In this document: piece by piece, positions 56,786 through 64,000 of the stretch
Position numbering within the stretch: the stretch's first letter is position 1
Layout of the letters: every line of letters starts with the position of its first letter
Notes under the pieces: model-generated
Seen by the model: the letters and a program-made list of their open reading frames with translations, nothing else
The model's database searches: none
Told to the model about the DNA's origin: nothing
Made by a program: the position numbers and the translations under genes
Virus record (IMG/VR): IMGVR_UViG_3300009126_000274
Coordinates: 1-64,000 of that record
Length of the DNA: 64,000 nt
Source of the DNA: an uncultured virus (IMG/VR IMGVR_UViG_3300009126_000274)
Taxonomy: Duplodnaviria > Heunggongvirae > Uroviricota > Caudoviricetes
Direction: 5' to 3' (one strand)

Positions 56786-59277
56786 CCAAATAACTCCTCT
56801 AATGATGCTTGTGGCTCTGTATGCCAACCCAATGGATTTAAAATATGCTCCAAGGGATCAACAAATGCCTTTTGAAAAATTAAATCATAATCAATATATT
56901 TTTCTAAACCAAATTCTGTAGGGAGTTTTGTAACAAATGCTATCGTATTTTCCTTTAAAGGATTAGGTTCTTTTAAATACAAAAACTTAATTTTATCTCC
57001 CTCTTGGATTTTTTCATATTTTAATCCTAAATCAAGTTTACCTAAATAATGATTATATAATAATCCACCCCTAACATGAATAGGAGTACCTTTACCATAT
57101 ATGTCTGCTGTACTTCTATATTTACTCATATTATTACAACCCCTAGGGAACGCAATTAGTTCTGCTGACTTAGTGAGAAAGTCCTTTTTGGCGTCTGCTA
57201 CGTAGGTTTGTAAAGTATCTTGATCGCTAGTAAGTATTAAACGTACGGCCTCCCTTAGAGACTCTCTAATTACGCCAGGAGTGCTTGATCTCACTATCTC
57301 TAAACCCATTACCTTTAATTTAGGGGCTTGTAACCGCAATCCTTCATCGTCATATACATTCAAAGCATAACGTTTCTTAGCTACAAATATGCCTTTGTCT
57401 GCTATTATCTCCCTTTTAAAATCTATTTTCTTTTCAAAAGCATTAGTATAATTAGCTAACCTTTGCATTGCCTGATCTATTGCTGGTTCTATTTTCTCTG
57501 ATGCCACCTTGTCTATTAAACTAATAACTTTTTGTCTAGACTTATCAGGGAAAAAGTTTTGAACCATATTGTCTAATGTAACATAACAAGAATCAGTATC
57601 ACTATAAAAAGAATAAGTTTTATCTTCTGTGCCACAGACTTTATTAACATACTTATCAATTTCCTTTGCTGTATCTCTAATTACTAATTGTCCTGTCATT
57701 GTAATACCTTCTGCAATTCTATCATCATAGAATCTAAAGTATTGGTTTGCCAGGGCACCATATAAACTATTTAATTGGATCTTTCTTGCCATTTGGAAGT
57801 TATTATATTTACTAACTTCATTCTCATAAACTTTAGCTCCTGTTTCTTGGAACTTCCTCTGAGAATCTTGCATAAGTCTTTTATATCTTAATCTATCATT
57901 AAAAAACTTCTGTACTATCTCAGGAAACAGGCCTTGCTTTTCTCTTGTGTAACAAGATCCATTAGCTGCCATAGCGTAATTCTTTTCTTTTAATTTGTCT
58001 AACTTATACCTATCTAACAAATCATCTACTTTTACTTCATATTGAAAACCAGGAACAATAGTTTCTGGACTCATATTGTATTGCATAAGTATAGAAGGAT
58101 ATAGACTTGTGGCATCAAAACTAGCCACCCAATCATAGCCACCTGGTACAGGCTCTTGTACATAAGCCCCTTCGATTGTTCTCTCTTTCCTACCACCACC
58201 CTGATGTAAGACAATTTTCTTCTCCCACAAATGATTATATAATAAACTATCCCAAGTTCTAACTGCAGAATATACATCGTTATAATTACATTTAGCATCG
58301 TATGCCATTGTAACTGCCAGTTCAATAAGTTTCATCTTATCTTCTAACTCATCAACAAGAACTGTATCAATAATATTATACTCTACAAATCTATTCCAAT
58401 CTTTTTCATAAAACTCTTTAAATGTCTCATAACCGCTTTCAAGTTTGTTTTTACCTAACTCTGTTTCAGCAATAAAATCTAATCTATAAGATTCCCTAGT
58501 AACATAAGTAAATTTTCTATACAAATCTAAATAGTCTAAATTTGCAACACCTGTTATTTCATATGCTGTCACTTCTTTTTGCATAAACCTAACTTTTCTT
58601 TTATTAACCAAGCCAAATGGAGAAAATCTTTTATGCTCTCCTTCTCCTAATATTCTCTCTGTTCTGGATAGTAAATATGGTATATCAAATAAATTACTAT
58701 TCCAACCTGTAATAATATCTGGACAGTTTTCTTCCCACCACTCTAAAAAGGTTTTAAGAAGATTATATTCGTCTGTACAATTAATATAATCTATATCATA
58801 ATCTGCTACTTCTGCTGATGGTGTAAACTCCCCAAGTCCGAAAGTTGTTATCTTCTTGGTGTTGTTGTTTTGAAGTGTGATAACTAAAACTTTCTCGCTT
58901 GGAGAGTCTACGTTAGGAAATCCACCCTCTGATGTTGTTTCAATATCAATAGAGTAGATAGCCATTTTTTTAGCATCCCATTCGATATCTCCAGGATACT
59001 TTTCTGTTATGTATTGATAGGCATAATAGTTCTGTCCAAATATTGGAAAATTAGAAACGTCTTTATACCTATTAAAAAATTCTGTTGCTTCTTTATTAGA
59101 ATCAAATTGTATAGGAGATACGGTCTCTCCATAAATGCTTTTGTATTCTGAGGGTTTGTCTGATTTGACAAATAGGGTGGGTCTAAAATTATGTCGTGAT
59201 GTAAAACGTTCGCCGTTCTTTACTCCGCGAACTAGAATTTTGTCACCATAGTGACGTGCATAAGTATAAAAATTCAT
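56782..59277 (-). CDS. gp43: Family B DNA polymerase (T4 gp43)
   Basis: Exonuclease DIET, FDIPY, YNIID; polymerase FDATSLYPS, KIQLNSLYG, YSDTDS, KKRY, RSSTP. Confidence 0.98.
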   Translation of the reverse strand: MNFYTYARHYGDKILVRGVKNGERFTSRHNFRPTLFVKSDKPSEYKSIYGETVSPIQFDSNKEATEFFNRYKDVSNFPIFGQNYYAYQYITEKYPGDIEWDAKKMAIYSIDIETTSEGGFPNVDSPSEKVLVITLQNNNTKKITTFGLGEFTPSAEVADYDIDYINCTDEYNLLKTFLEWWEENCPDIITGWNSNLFDIPYLLSRTERILGEGEHKRFSPFGLVNKRKVRFMQKEVTAYEITGVANLDYLDLYRKFTYVTRESYRLDFIAETELGKNKLESGYETFKEFYEKDWNRFVEYNIIDTVLVDELEDKMKLIELAVTMAYDAKCNYNDVYSAVRTWDSLLYNHLWEKKIVLHQGGGRKERTIEGAYVQEPVPGGYDWVASFDATSLYPSILMQYNMSPETIVPGFQYEVKVDDLLDRYKLDKLKEKNYAMAANGSCYTREKQGLFPEIVQKFFNDRLRYKRLMQDSQRKFQETGAKVYENEVSKYNNFQMARKIQLNSLYGALANQYFRFYDDRIAEGITMTGQLVIRDTAKEIDKYVNKVCGTEDKTYSFYSDTDSCYVTLDNMVQNFFPDKSRQKVISLIDKVASEKIEPAIDQAMQRLANYTNAFEKKIDFKREIIADKGIFVAKKRYALNVYDDEGLRLQAPKLKVMGLEIVRSSTPGVIRESLREAVRLILTSDQDTLQTYVADAKKDFLTKSAELIAFPRGCNNMSKYRSTADIYGKGTPIHVRGGLLYNHYLGKLDLGLKYEKIQEGDKIKFLYLKEPNPLKENTIAFVTKLPTEFGLEKYIDYDLIFQKAFVDPLEHILNPLGWHTEPQASLEELFG

Positions 59278-59306
59278 TATATATCCAACACCATAATATA
59301 CTACAC

Positions 59307-59335
59307 ATTATAGACTCTTACGAACCTATAATCAA
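59307..59335 (-). promoter_or_regulatory. sigma70-type promoter of DNA polymerase
   Basis: TTGATT-17 bp-TATAAT. Confidence 0.75.
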
Positions 59336-59788
59336 CTAATCTTCTTTAAAAAAGGTACGATTAATTAAATGTTCTTCTGCTATTTCTTGTTTTGAACGTC
59401 CATGATATTTGACTGCATGATGTGTCTCAATCATATACTCATTTACGTTATGCCTATATTTAATAGGTTCAACCGGCGCACCATTAGCATCTGTTCCGCC
59501 TTCTGTTTCTTTTATAGTAATAAACTCACCGAGGATTCTTCCATATTTACCTTTTCCATCAAGCCTCGTTTTGAGTATAGCTCCATTCTTGAGTTGGTCT
59601 TTAAGGAATTCTTTAGCCATGAGTCCGAACTTTTTCTCGTCGAGGTCACGGGTCCTACTCTCGGGAGTATCAATCCCATACAAACGTACTCTCTGCTTTT
59701 TGAGCCAGACACCGAAACCGAGGTCGATATCAACATCTACTGTATCTCCGTCTACTACTCTTACAATTTTACTTCTATATTCGTACAC
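59336..59788 (-). CDS. Thermonuclease (SNase-like) family protein
   Basis: RVVDGDTVD.DIDLGF, RVRLYGIDTPESR, KYGRILG. Confidence 0.9.
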   Translation of the reverse strand: MYEYRSKIVRVVDGDTVDVDIDLGFGVWLKKQRVRLYGIDTPESRTRDLDEKKFGLMAKEFLKDQLKNGAILKTRLDGKGKYGRILGEFITIKETEGGTDANGAPVEPIKYRHNVNEYMIETHHAVKYHGRSKQEIAEEHLINRTFFKED

Positions 59789-60127
59789 TTAATTCTTAGT
59801 TATTTCGTTTAGTACCTTTTTATTTATAAAGTCTGGTTGTATAAGACCAGATCCAAACTTAGAATTATAAGCATTTAATAAATTTTTATCAGGATCGTAA
59901 ACTGAAATTATATGATTAGGAAATATAGGAACTTTGTGCTGTTTTGCAAAGGGAGCGTAAGGAGCTAGGCCTACACCAAACTCATCTTCACTACCTGGTT
60001 TAGGCATCATTAGGATAACTGCTGGTTTCTCTACAAGTAAAAATGCTTTACCATCTATTTCTGTATCTGAAACCTGCCCTATAATGTCCTCACCTGAGGT
60101 TAGTTTAATAATCTGAACGTTTGCCAT
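59789..60127 (-). CDS. Conserved T4-like Sm-fold-like small protein
   Basis: IIKL.SGEDII....; L...Y...FGSG; typical position between hsp20 and gp43. Confidence 0.75.
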   Translation of the reverse strand: MANVQIIKLTSGEDIIGQVSDTEIDGKAFLLVEKPAVILMMPKPGSEDEFGVGLAPYAPFAKQHKVPIFPNHIISVYDPDKNLLNAYNSKFGSGLIQPDFINKKVLNEITKN

Positions 60128-60142
60128 GCTCCTTCTCCTGCA

Positions 60143-60601
60143 TTATTTAGTTTTTATTTCAATTGATTTAGGCTTTTTGGCCTCTGGTATTTCATTTACC
60201 AAAGATACTGTCAAAACCCCGTCTTTTAACTTGGCACCTTTTACTACTACGGTGTCAGCCAAAGACCAGGAGCGCGTGAATTTACGTTCAGCTATTCCTT
60301 TGTGTATAAAGTTGTCAGGTGTGCCGTCTATGCAGCCCTGAAGTTGATCTCCCTTAATAGTAAGTGTTCCATCCTCTACTGTAACATCTAGATCTTCTTC
60401 TTTGAAACCAGCAAGTGCTAGTTGTATTTCAAATTTCTCGTCATCTATTTTTTGAATGTTAAAAGGTGGAAAGTTATTATTTACCGGCTCAAAGTCCTTT
60501 TGAAGTAAATCAAAGACTCTGTTGAATCCGATAAATTGTCTTTCTATTTGTGGGAAGGTGTGGACGAAATTGTCCCAATTCGCTGTGGTTAGTTTTACCA
60601 T
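60143..60601 (-). CDS. hsp20: Small heat shock protein Hsp20/IbpA-like
   Basis: NFPPFNI, LALAGF, HKGIAERKFTRSW.LAD, A.L.DG.L.V.L...IPE.KKP. Confidence 0.95.
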   Translation of the reverse strand: MVKLTTANWDNFVHTFPQIERQFIGFNRVFDLLQKDFEPVNNNFPPFNIQKIDDEKFEIQLALAGFKEEDLDVTVEDGTLTIKGDQLQGCIDGTPDNFIHKGIAERKFTRSWSLADTVVVKGAKLKDGVLTVSLVNEIPEAKKPKSIEIKTK

Positions 60602-60810
60602 TGTTTTCTCCTTATTAAGCGAGTTAAAAAATGGACACCCTTTCGGCGTGTCCTCTTAGGATGATCAGGGGGTGCAGTTTCAAAGTCTTTAGCGTTAAAA
60701 CTAATTCATCTTCAGTTTTCCCCCCATCACAAACTGCTGGTCTCATTTCAATCCATCCAGTAGCGCCTGTTTAACCAAGCATTCCTGCGTTGTTTTTCGA
60801 CTTCGCATTT
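60602..60810 (-). ncRNA. Structured leader / candidate ncRNA between a late promoter and hsp20
   Basis: TATAAATA at 60812-60819, several stems, a GGACAC-GCCGAAAGG-GTGTCC hairpin, then AACTCGCTTAATAAGGAG before the ATG. Confidence 0.4.
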
Positions 60811-61488
60811 TTATTTATACGCAGAAGAATTTCTAGACACCATTTTATCCCTAATTTGGTCCTCTATGGGTAAATTTCTGAACCATAAGTTCATTGCGTA
60901 CTTCTCTCCTGCTAATACCGGTTGTGCTTGATGCATTGTTTTAGGATCAGGAACCTGTGTTCCTATGACTGTATTGCTAAATACCACACATCTACCTGCT
61001 TTGGGTTTGACCCCCTTACCTAACTCTGTAAATACTGTGGCACCACCATCTGTCACATCATTACAATATAAAAGAACCGTTGCTACTCTATTTCCTTTTG
61101 TTCCATGTGGTCCTGTGTGGGCTCGTTCTGTATTTATAGGAAAAGCATCTAAGTGGGCATCATATTCCTCTCCTAATTCGTAATGTAATGCTTGCACATT
61201 TTCTGCTTGTGTGTGATGTAATTGTGTTAATTGAGATGCTCTCAATAAAAAGTGAACGGCTGTTACGCTTTTCCTATAATCCAACCAGCCCATTTGATTT
61301 GTTCTTGCATAATGTTCGTAATCATCACCTTCCTTTCCTTGTGTGACTCTGCCACGAGTCCATTCAACATTATCTTCCATATCTTTTATCAGTTGCTTAC
61401 ATTCAGGCTTACTCATAAAATTATCCCAAACCATAATCGTTGGGTTGAATAAACTAATTACCTGTTTTAATTCTGCCATAAAATCCAC
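60811..61488 (-). CDS. Prolyl 4-hydroxylase-like 2OG-Fe(II) oxygenase
   Basis: YDAHLD, GNRVATVLLYCNDV.DGG.T.F, P..G....F.N, HQA.PV..GEKY..NLW. Confidence 0.9.
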   Translation of the reverse strand: MDFMAELKQVISLFNPTIMVWDNFMSKPECKQLIKDMEDNVEWTRGRVTQGKEGDDYEHYARTNQMGWLDYRKSVTAVHFLLRASQLTQLHHTQAENVQALHYELGEEYDAHLDAFPINTERAHTGPHGTKGNRVATVLLYCNDVTDGGATVFTELGKGVKPKAGRCVVFSNTVIGTQVPDPKTMHQAQPVLAGEKYAMNLWFRNLPIEDQIRDKMVSRNSSAYK

Positions 61489-62767
61489 CTAGTTCAGGAA
61501 AGGTTTTTATAAAATCTGTTCCCCTTCTCCTGTCATGTTCATCTACAAAGCTAACAAAATCGTTTCTTTGTACTTCTAATTCTTTTCCTTTAAATCTATT
61601 TGCTTTAATCCAATCAACTGTTCTTTTAAATTTCATTATTTCATAAGTTTGATATATATGATCGAAGTCTCGCATAGTTTCTAAACTATTGTCTAACATA
61701 CTTATAACATTATCGTCTGCAATCCTAGCAGTTAGGTGTAATGGTTCAACCATATTAGGCATATCTACTGTAATTAAATCACCATAAGTATTTTTCAATT
61801 CTGCTACTTTAAATATGAACTCATCAAAGTTAGGAATAGATAAGAAACAAAAAGTACACATGATTCCTACAGGTATGCCTGCTGCTAAAACTCTATGTAG
61901 GTTCTGTTCAAACCTATTCATTTTTAAACCATTCCTTATATACTCTGCTTGGTCGCCCCAGCTGTCTATACTGACATAACATTTTTGGCCAGGCAAATCT
62001 GCAACTAACCTGATGTATTCTAAAACTCTCCTTTCAGTCACCATCAAATTTGTGCTTATTTCGAAAGATAAGTTCTCTTTAGGATGCTCTTTAACATACT
62101 CCAATAGCTTAAACGTATTATTGTCTAATAAGGGTTCTCCACCCGTCAAGCGTATAGTATTTAGGTGTGGATATGCCTCAGGCAACCACTTCCAAAACTT
62201 CTTAACGTCGGGGTTCTGTGAGGGTGCTAGAATGTCATTTCTTGTTTGATACTTATCGTGATTTGGCTTGCTTTTTAAGTCATATGTTCCATACTTGTCT
62301 AACTCCTTTTGCCATGTAGAACTCTTTCCTGCCCCACAATAACTACATGACATTTGACATTTATTAGTGAAACTAACCGTCAAATACCTTGGCCATACAT
62401 CTTCCTCAGGAGGAATTGATGCTGTTTTTGCTATTAAGTCTGGATCGTCTTTTAAAAACTGTACAGCGAGCATTTGTCTGTCGCTAAAGTTTCCTGTTTT
62501 TTCTATATTATAACAATAAGCGTCTTCTGCGGGTTTACCGCCTTCTAACATTTCTTGTCTTACTGCTTTGGTATAGGGTGTGTTGTGTAGATCGCTTTGT
62601 GAAGGGATTTTATGTTGGGGACAATGATAGCATGAATGCTTTAGTCCTTCTGCTAAACTCAATTCCAAATAATACCACTTTAATAAACAGAATCCTGGAC
62701 CTATCTCGTCCAAATCATTTTTTATTTTACTTAACCAGTATTCCTGATTATTTAATTTTCTTGCCAA
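61454..62767 (-). CDS. Radical SAM enzyme with N-terminal twitch-like Cys domain
   Basis: FCLLKW...SCYHC; CQMSCSYC; TGGEPL; SIDSWG..AEYIR.G. Confidence 0.88.
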   Translation of the reverse strand: MARKLNNQEYWLSKIKNDLDEIGPGFCLLKWYYLELSLAEGLKHSCYHCPQHKIPSQSDLHNTPYTKAVRQEMLEGGKPAEDAYCYNIEKTGNFSDRQMLAVQFLKDDPDLIAKTASIPPEEDVWPRYLTVSFTNKCQMSCSYCGAGKSSTWQKELDKYGTYDLKSKPNHDKYQTRNDILAPSQNPDVKKFWKWLPEAYPHLNTIRLTGGEPLLDNNTFKLLEYVKEHPKENLSFEISTNLMVTERRVLEYIRLVADLPGQKCYVSIDSWGDQAEYIRNGLKMNRFEQNLHRVLAAGIPVGIMCTFCFLSIPNFDEFIFKVAELKNTYGDLITVDMPNMVEPLHLTARIADDNVISMLDNSLETMRDFDHIYQTYEIMKFKRTVDWIKANRFKGKELEVQRNDFVSFVDEHDRRRGTDFIKTFPELGGFYGRIKTGN

Positions 62768-63173
62768 TGTTGTATTTGGGGATCAATTCCCACTCACCTT
62801 TTTCTTTAAATGATATAATTTTTATCTGACTTAAAGGTGCAAATTCCTTTGGCTCTGTTATTAAAACTACTAAATCCCAATCGGATAGTAATTTAGCTAT
62901 GGTGTTTCGTCTCTCTAAGTCGTTGTCTTGGAAGTCTGCCTCCTTGCCATCTAATGCAAACAATTCTTTAAAATGTGTTATAAAGTATCTGCCTTTCTTA
63001 TGTAATATATGGCACGACTGATAAAGGACTTTTTCTTTTTTCGAAGCAACACCTATTCGAGATAGGGTTTCCCTGACTTTCAGGAAATCTTCGGGGTCCT
63101 TCAAAGAAACTTCTAAGGGTGAATACCCAGGATAGTCAATGTTGAAGTAATTGTCTTGATCACTCATTCTCAA
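62748..63173 (-). CDS. regA: Translational repressor RegA
   Basis: DFLKVRETLSRIGVAS, LYQSCHILHKKGRYFITHFKELFALDG, RRNTIA.LL.DW. Confidence 0.97.
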   Translation of the reverse strand: MRMSDQDNYFNIDYPGYSPLEVSLKDPEDFLKVRETLSRIGVASKKEKVLYQSCHILHKKGRYFITHFKELFALDGKEADFQDNDLERRNTIAKLLSDWDLVVLITEPKEFAPLSQIKIISFKEKGEWELIPKYNIGKKIK

Positions 63174-63216
63174 TACGCCTTTCGTGTATCATATAAATTA
63201 TTAGGTTACCAATTAT

Positions 63217-63681
63217 TTATACTTTACCGCCTTTAGACGTATTAAGGTATAGTTTTATAACATCAATATCAGTGTCTGATAAAAGTCTTAAAGCTTCTTT
63301 TGCTTTATTAAAACTATATCCAAAAAAGCGCTGTATCGCGTCAATGTTCTCCTCTTCAGATTTTAACCACTTATTATATCTTTTTGCTTTTCGTACTACT
63401 TCTCTTAAGAAATCGTACTGCAATTTTTTATCTAGATGAGATCTAGAATTCATTTCATTGCCTGCAATAACTGTATCAGGCCCCATTCCCATAGCTCTAT
63501 TTACAATAAAAGCATTATATTCATTCTCAGTTCTCTCATCAACTATTAAATCTTCTTTACTAAAATTAATGGAATTCACAAAGTCAAAAGGAGAAATCTT
63601 CTTCAATTTCTCCTGGAATTGATCTTCAACGATCTCCTCTACGGGATCGCCAAACCCTTCTAATATTGCTTTATCAACCAT
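63217..63681 (-). CDS. gp62: Clamp loader small subunit (T4 gp62)
   Basis: SPFDFVNSIN, Y..FIVNR, NEMN, QYDFL, KR..KW.K, GYS..KAKEAL; directly upstream of regA. Confidence 0.92.
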   Translation of the reverse strand: MVDKAILEGFGDPVEEIVEDQFQEKLKKISPFDFVNSINFSKEDLIVDERTENEYNAFIVNRAMGMGPDTVIAGNEMNSRSHLDKKLQYDFLREVVRKAKRYNKWLKSEEENIDAIQRFFGYSFNKAKEALRLLSDTDIDVIKLYLNTSKGGKV

Positions 63682-63755
63682 ACTACTAATTTATAAGTGA
63701 AATAAGCTAATCCACCTATAAAAAACCAAATTGTAAAATTATAAAAAAATTCCAT
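63660..63755 (-). CDS. 31-aa membrane peptide (not in ORF track)
   Basis: MEFFYNFTIWFFIGGLAYFTYKLVVWLIKQY; TAATG overlap with the upstream gene. Confidence 0.45.
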   Translation of the reverse strand: MEFFYNFTIWFFIGGLAYFTYKLVVWLIKQY

Positions 63756-63934
63756 TAATCAAATAAAGTTTCTGCTCTACAGACATTATTCCTTCTGCAA
63801 ATTTCTAAATTGTGTTGAAATACTACTGGCTCAACCCACTCAAAACGGGGCATACCTTCTTCGTACCAATAAGGAACATAATCTGTCGTACTACACCCTA
63901 CTAGGAATGTTATCATTAGCAAATATCTAGTCAT
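63755..63934 (-). CDS. 59-aa lipoprotein (not in ORF track)
   Basis: MTRYLLMITFLVGC lipobox; two additional Cys. Confidence 0.6.
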   Translation of the reverse strand: MTRYLLMITFLVGCSTTDYVPYWYEEGMPRFEWVEPVVFQHNLEICRRNNVCRAETLFD

Positions 63935-64000
63935 TTTGTTTCTCTCTTTCCTCTAATTAAATCCAAAATCATTCTCTTTACTCTCTCTGTAACTTTCGAG

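Noticed and set aside
29561..59277. Introns or inteins in nrdA, gp41, uvsX or gp43
   Set aside because: All are continuous ORFs of ordinary length, without intein or homing-endonuclease motifs.
60670..60725. Hammerhead-like CUGAAGA...GAAAC on the minus strand
   Set aside because: The bases that should close stem II do not pair, and I could not build stems I and III with a cleavage triplet.
1..64000. Stop-codon reassignment (alternative genetic code)
   Set aside because: Core genes are full length in the standard code and end in TAA, TAG and TGA; coding density is high.
1..64000. Many short antisense or nested ORFs in the track (e.g. 35074..35520, 36896..37348, 52311..52826, 59402..59812)
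   Set aside because: They are shadows of well-supported genes on the opposite strand or in another frame, with no motifs or ribosome binding sites.
1..64000. Prophage or cellular genome context
   Set aside because: No integrase, rRNA or host housekeeping operons; gene content and late promoters are T4-like throughout.

Overview
This 64 kb window comes from an AT-rich, T4-like (Tevenvirinae/Kyanoviridae-style) lytic myophage, probably marine and infecting a Gram-negative host. Most genes are on the minus strand. The T4 replication core is present: gp62, regA, hsp20, gp43, uvsX, gp41, gp61, nrdA, nrdB and rnh. There is also one tRNA-Thr(UGU), a spanin pair, eight sigma70-type promoters with exact 17-bp spacers, and many TATAAATA late promoters. 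Tailoring enzymes are scattered between the core genes: 4 radical SAM (2 B12-type), 2OG-Fe(II) oxygenases, sulfotransferase-like, SGNH, QueC-like, GT2, methyltransferase, nucleotide-sugar enzymes and NadE. The most interesting region is a late-expressed cluster at about 33.6-46 kb that looks like capsid-packaged cargo. It contains Lys-rich modular proteins punctuated by prohead-protease-type hydrophobic-x-E sites, two of them joined by a -1 frameshift at an A9 run. It also contains a His-rich ligase-fold protein that starts with a T4 capsid-targeting-like sequence, a His-rich HxGH nucleotidyltransferase, and an unannotated 16-aa six-Cys metallothionein-like peptide. Other points of interest are a secreted N-rich/hyper-acidic four-gene module, a G-run-rich non-coding block and two candidate structured RNAs. 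All calls come from reading motifs by eye; no database searches were run.
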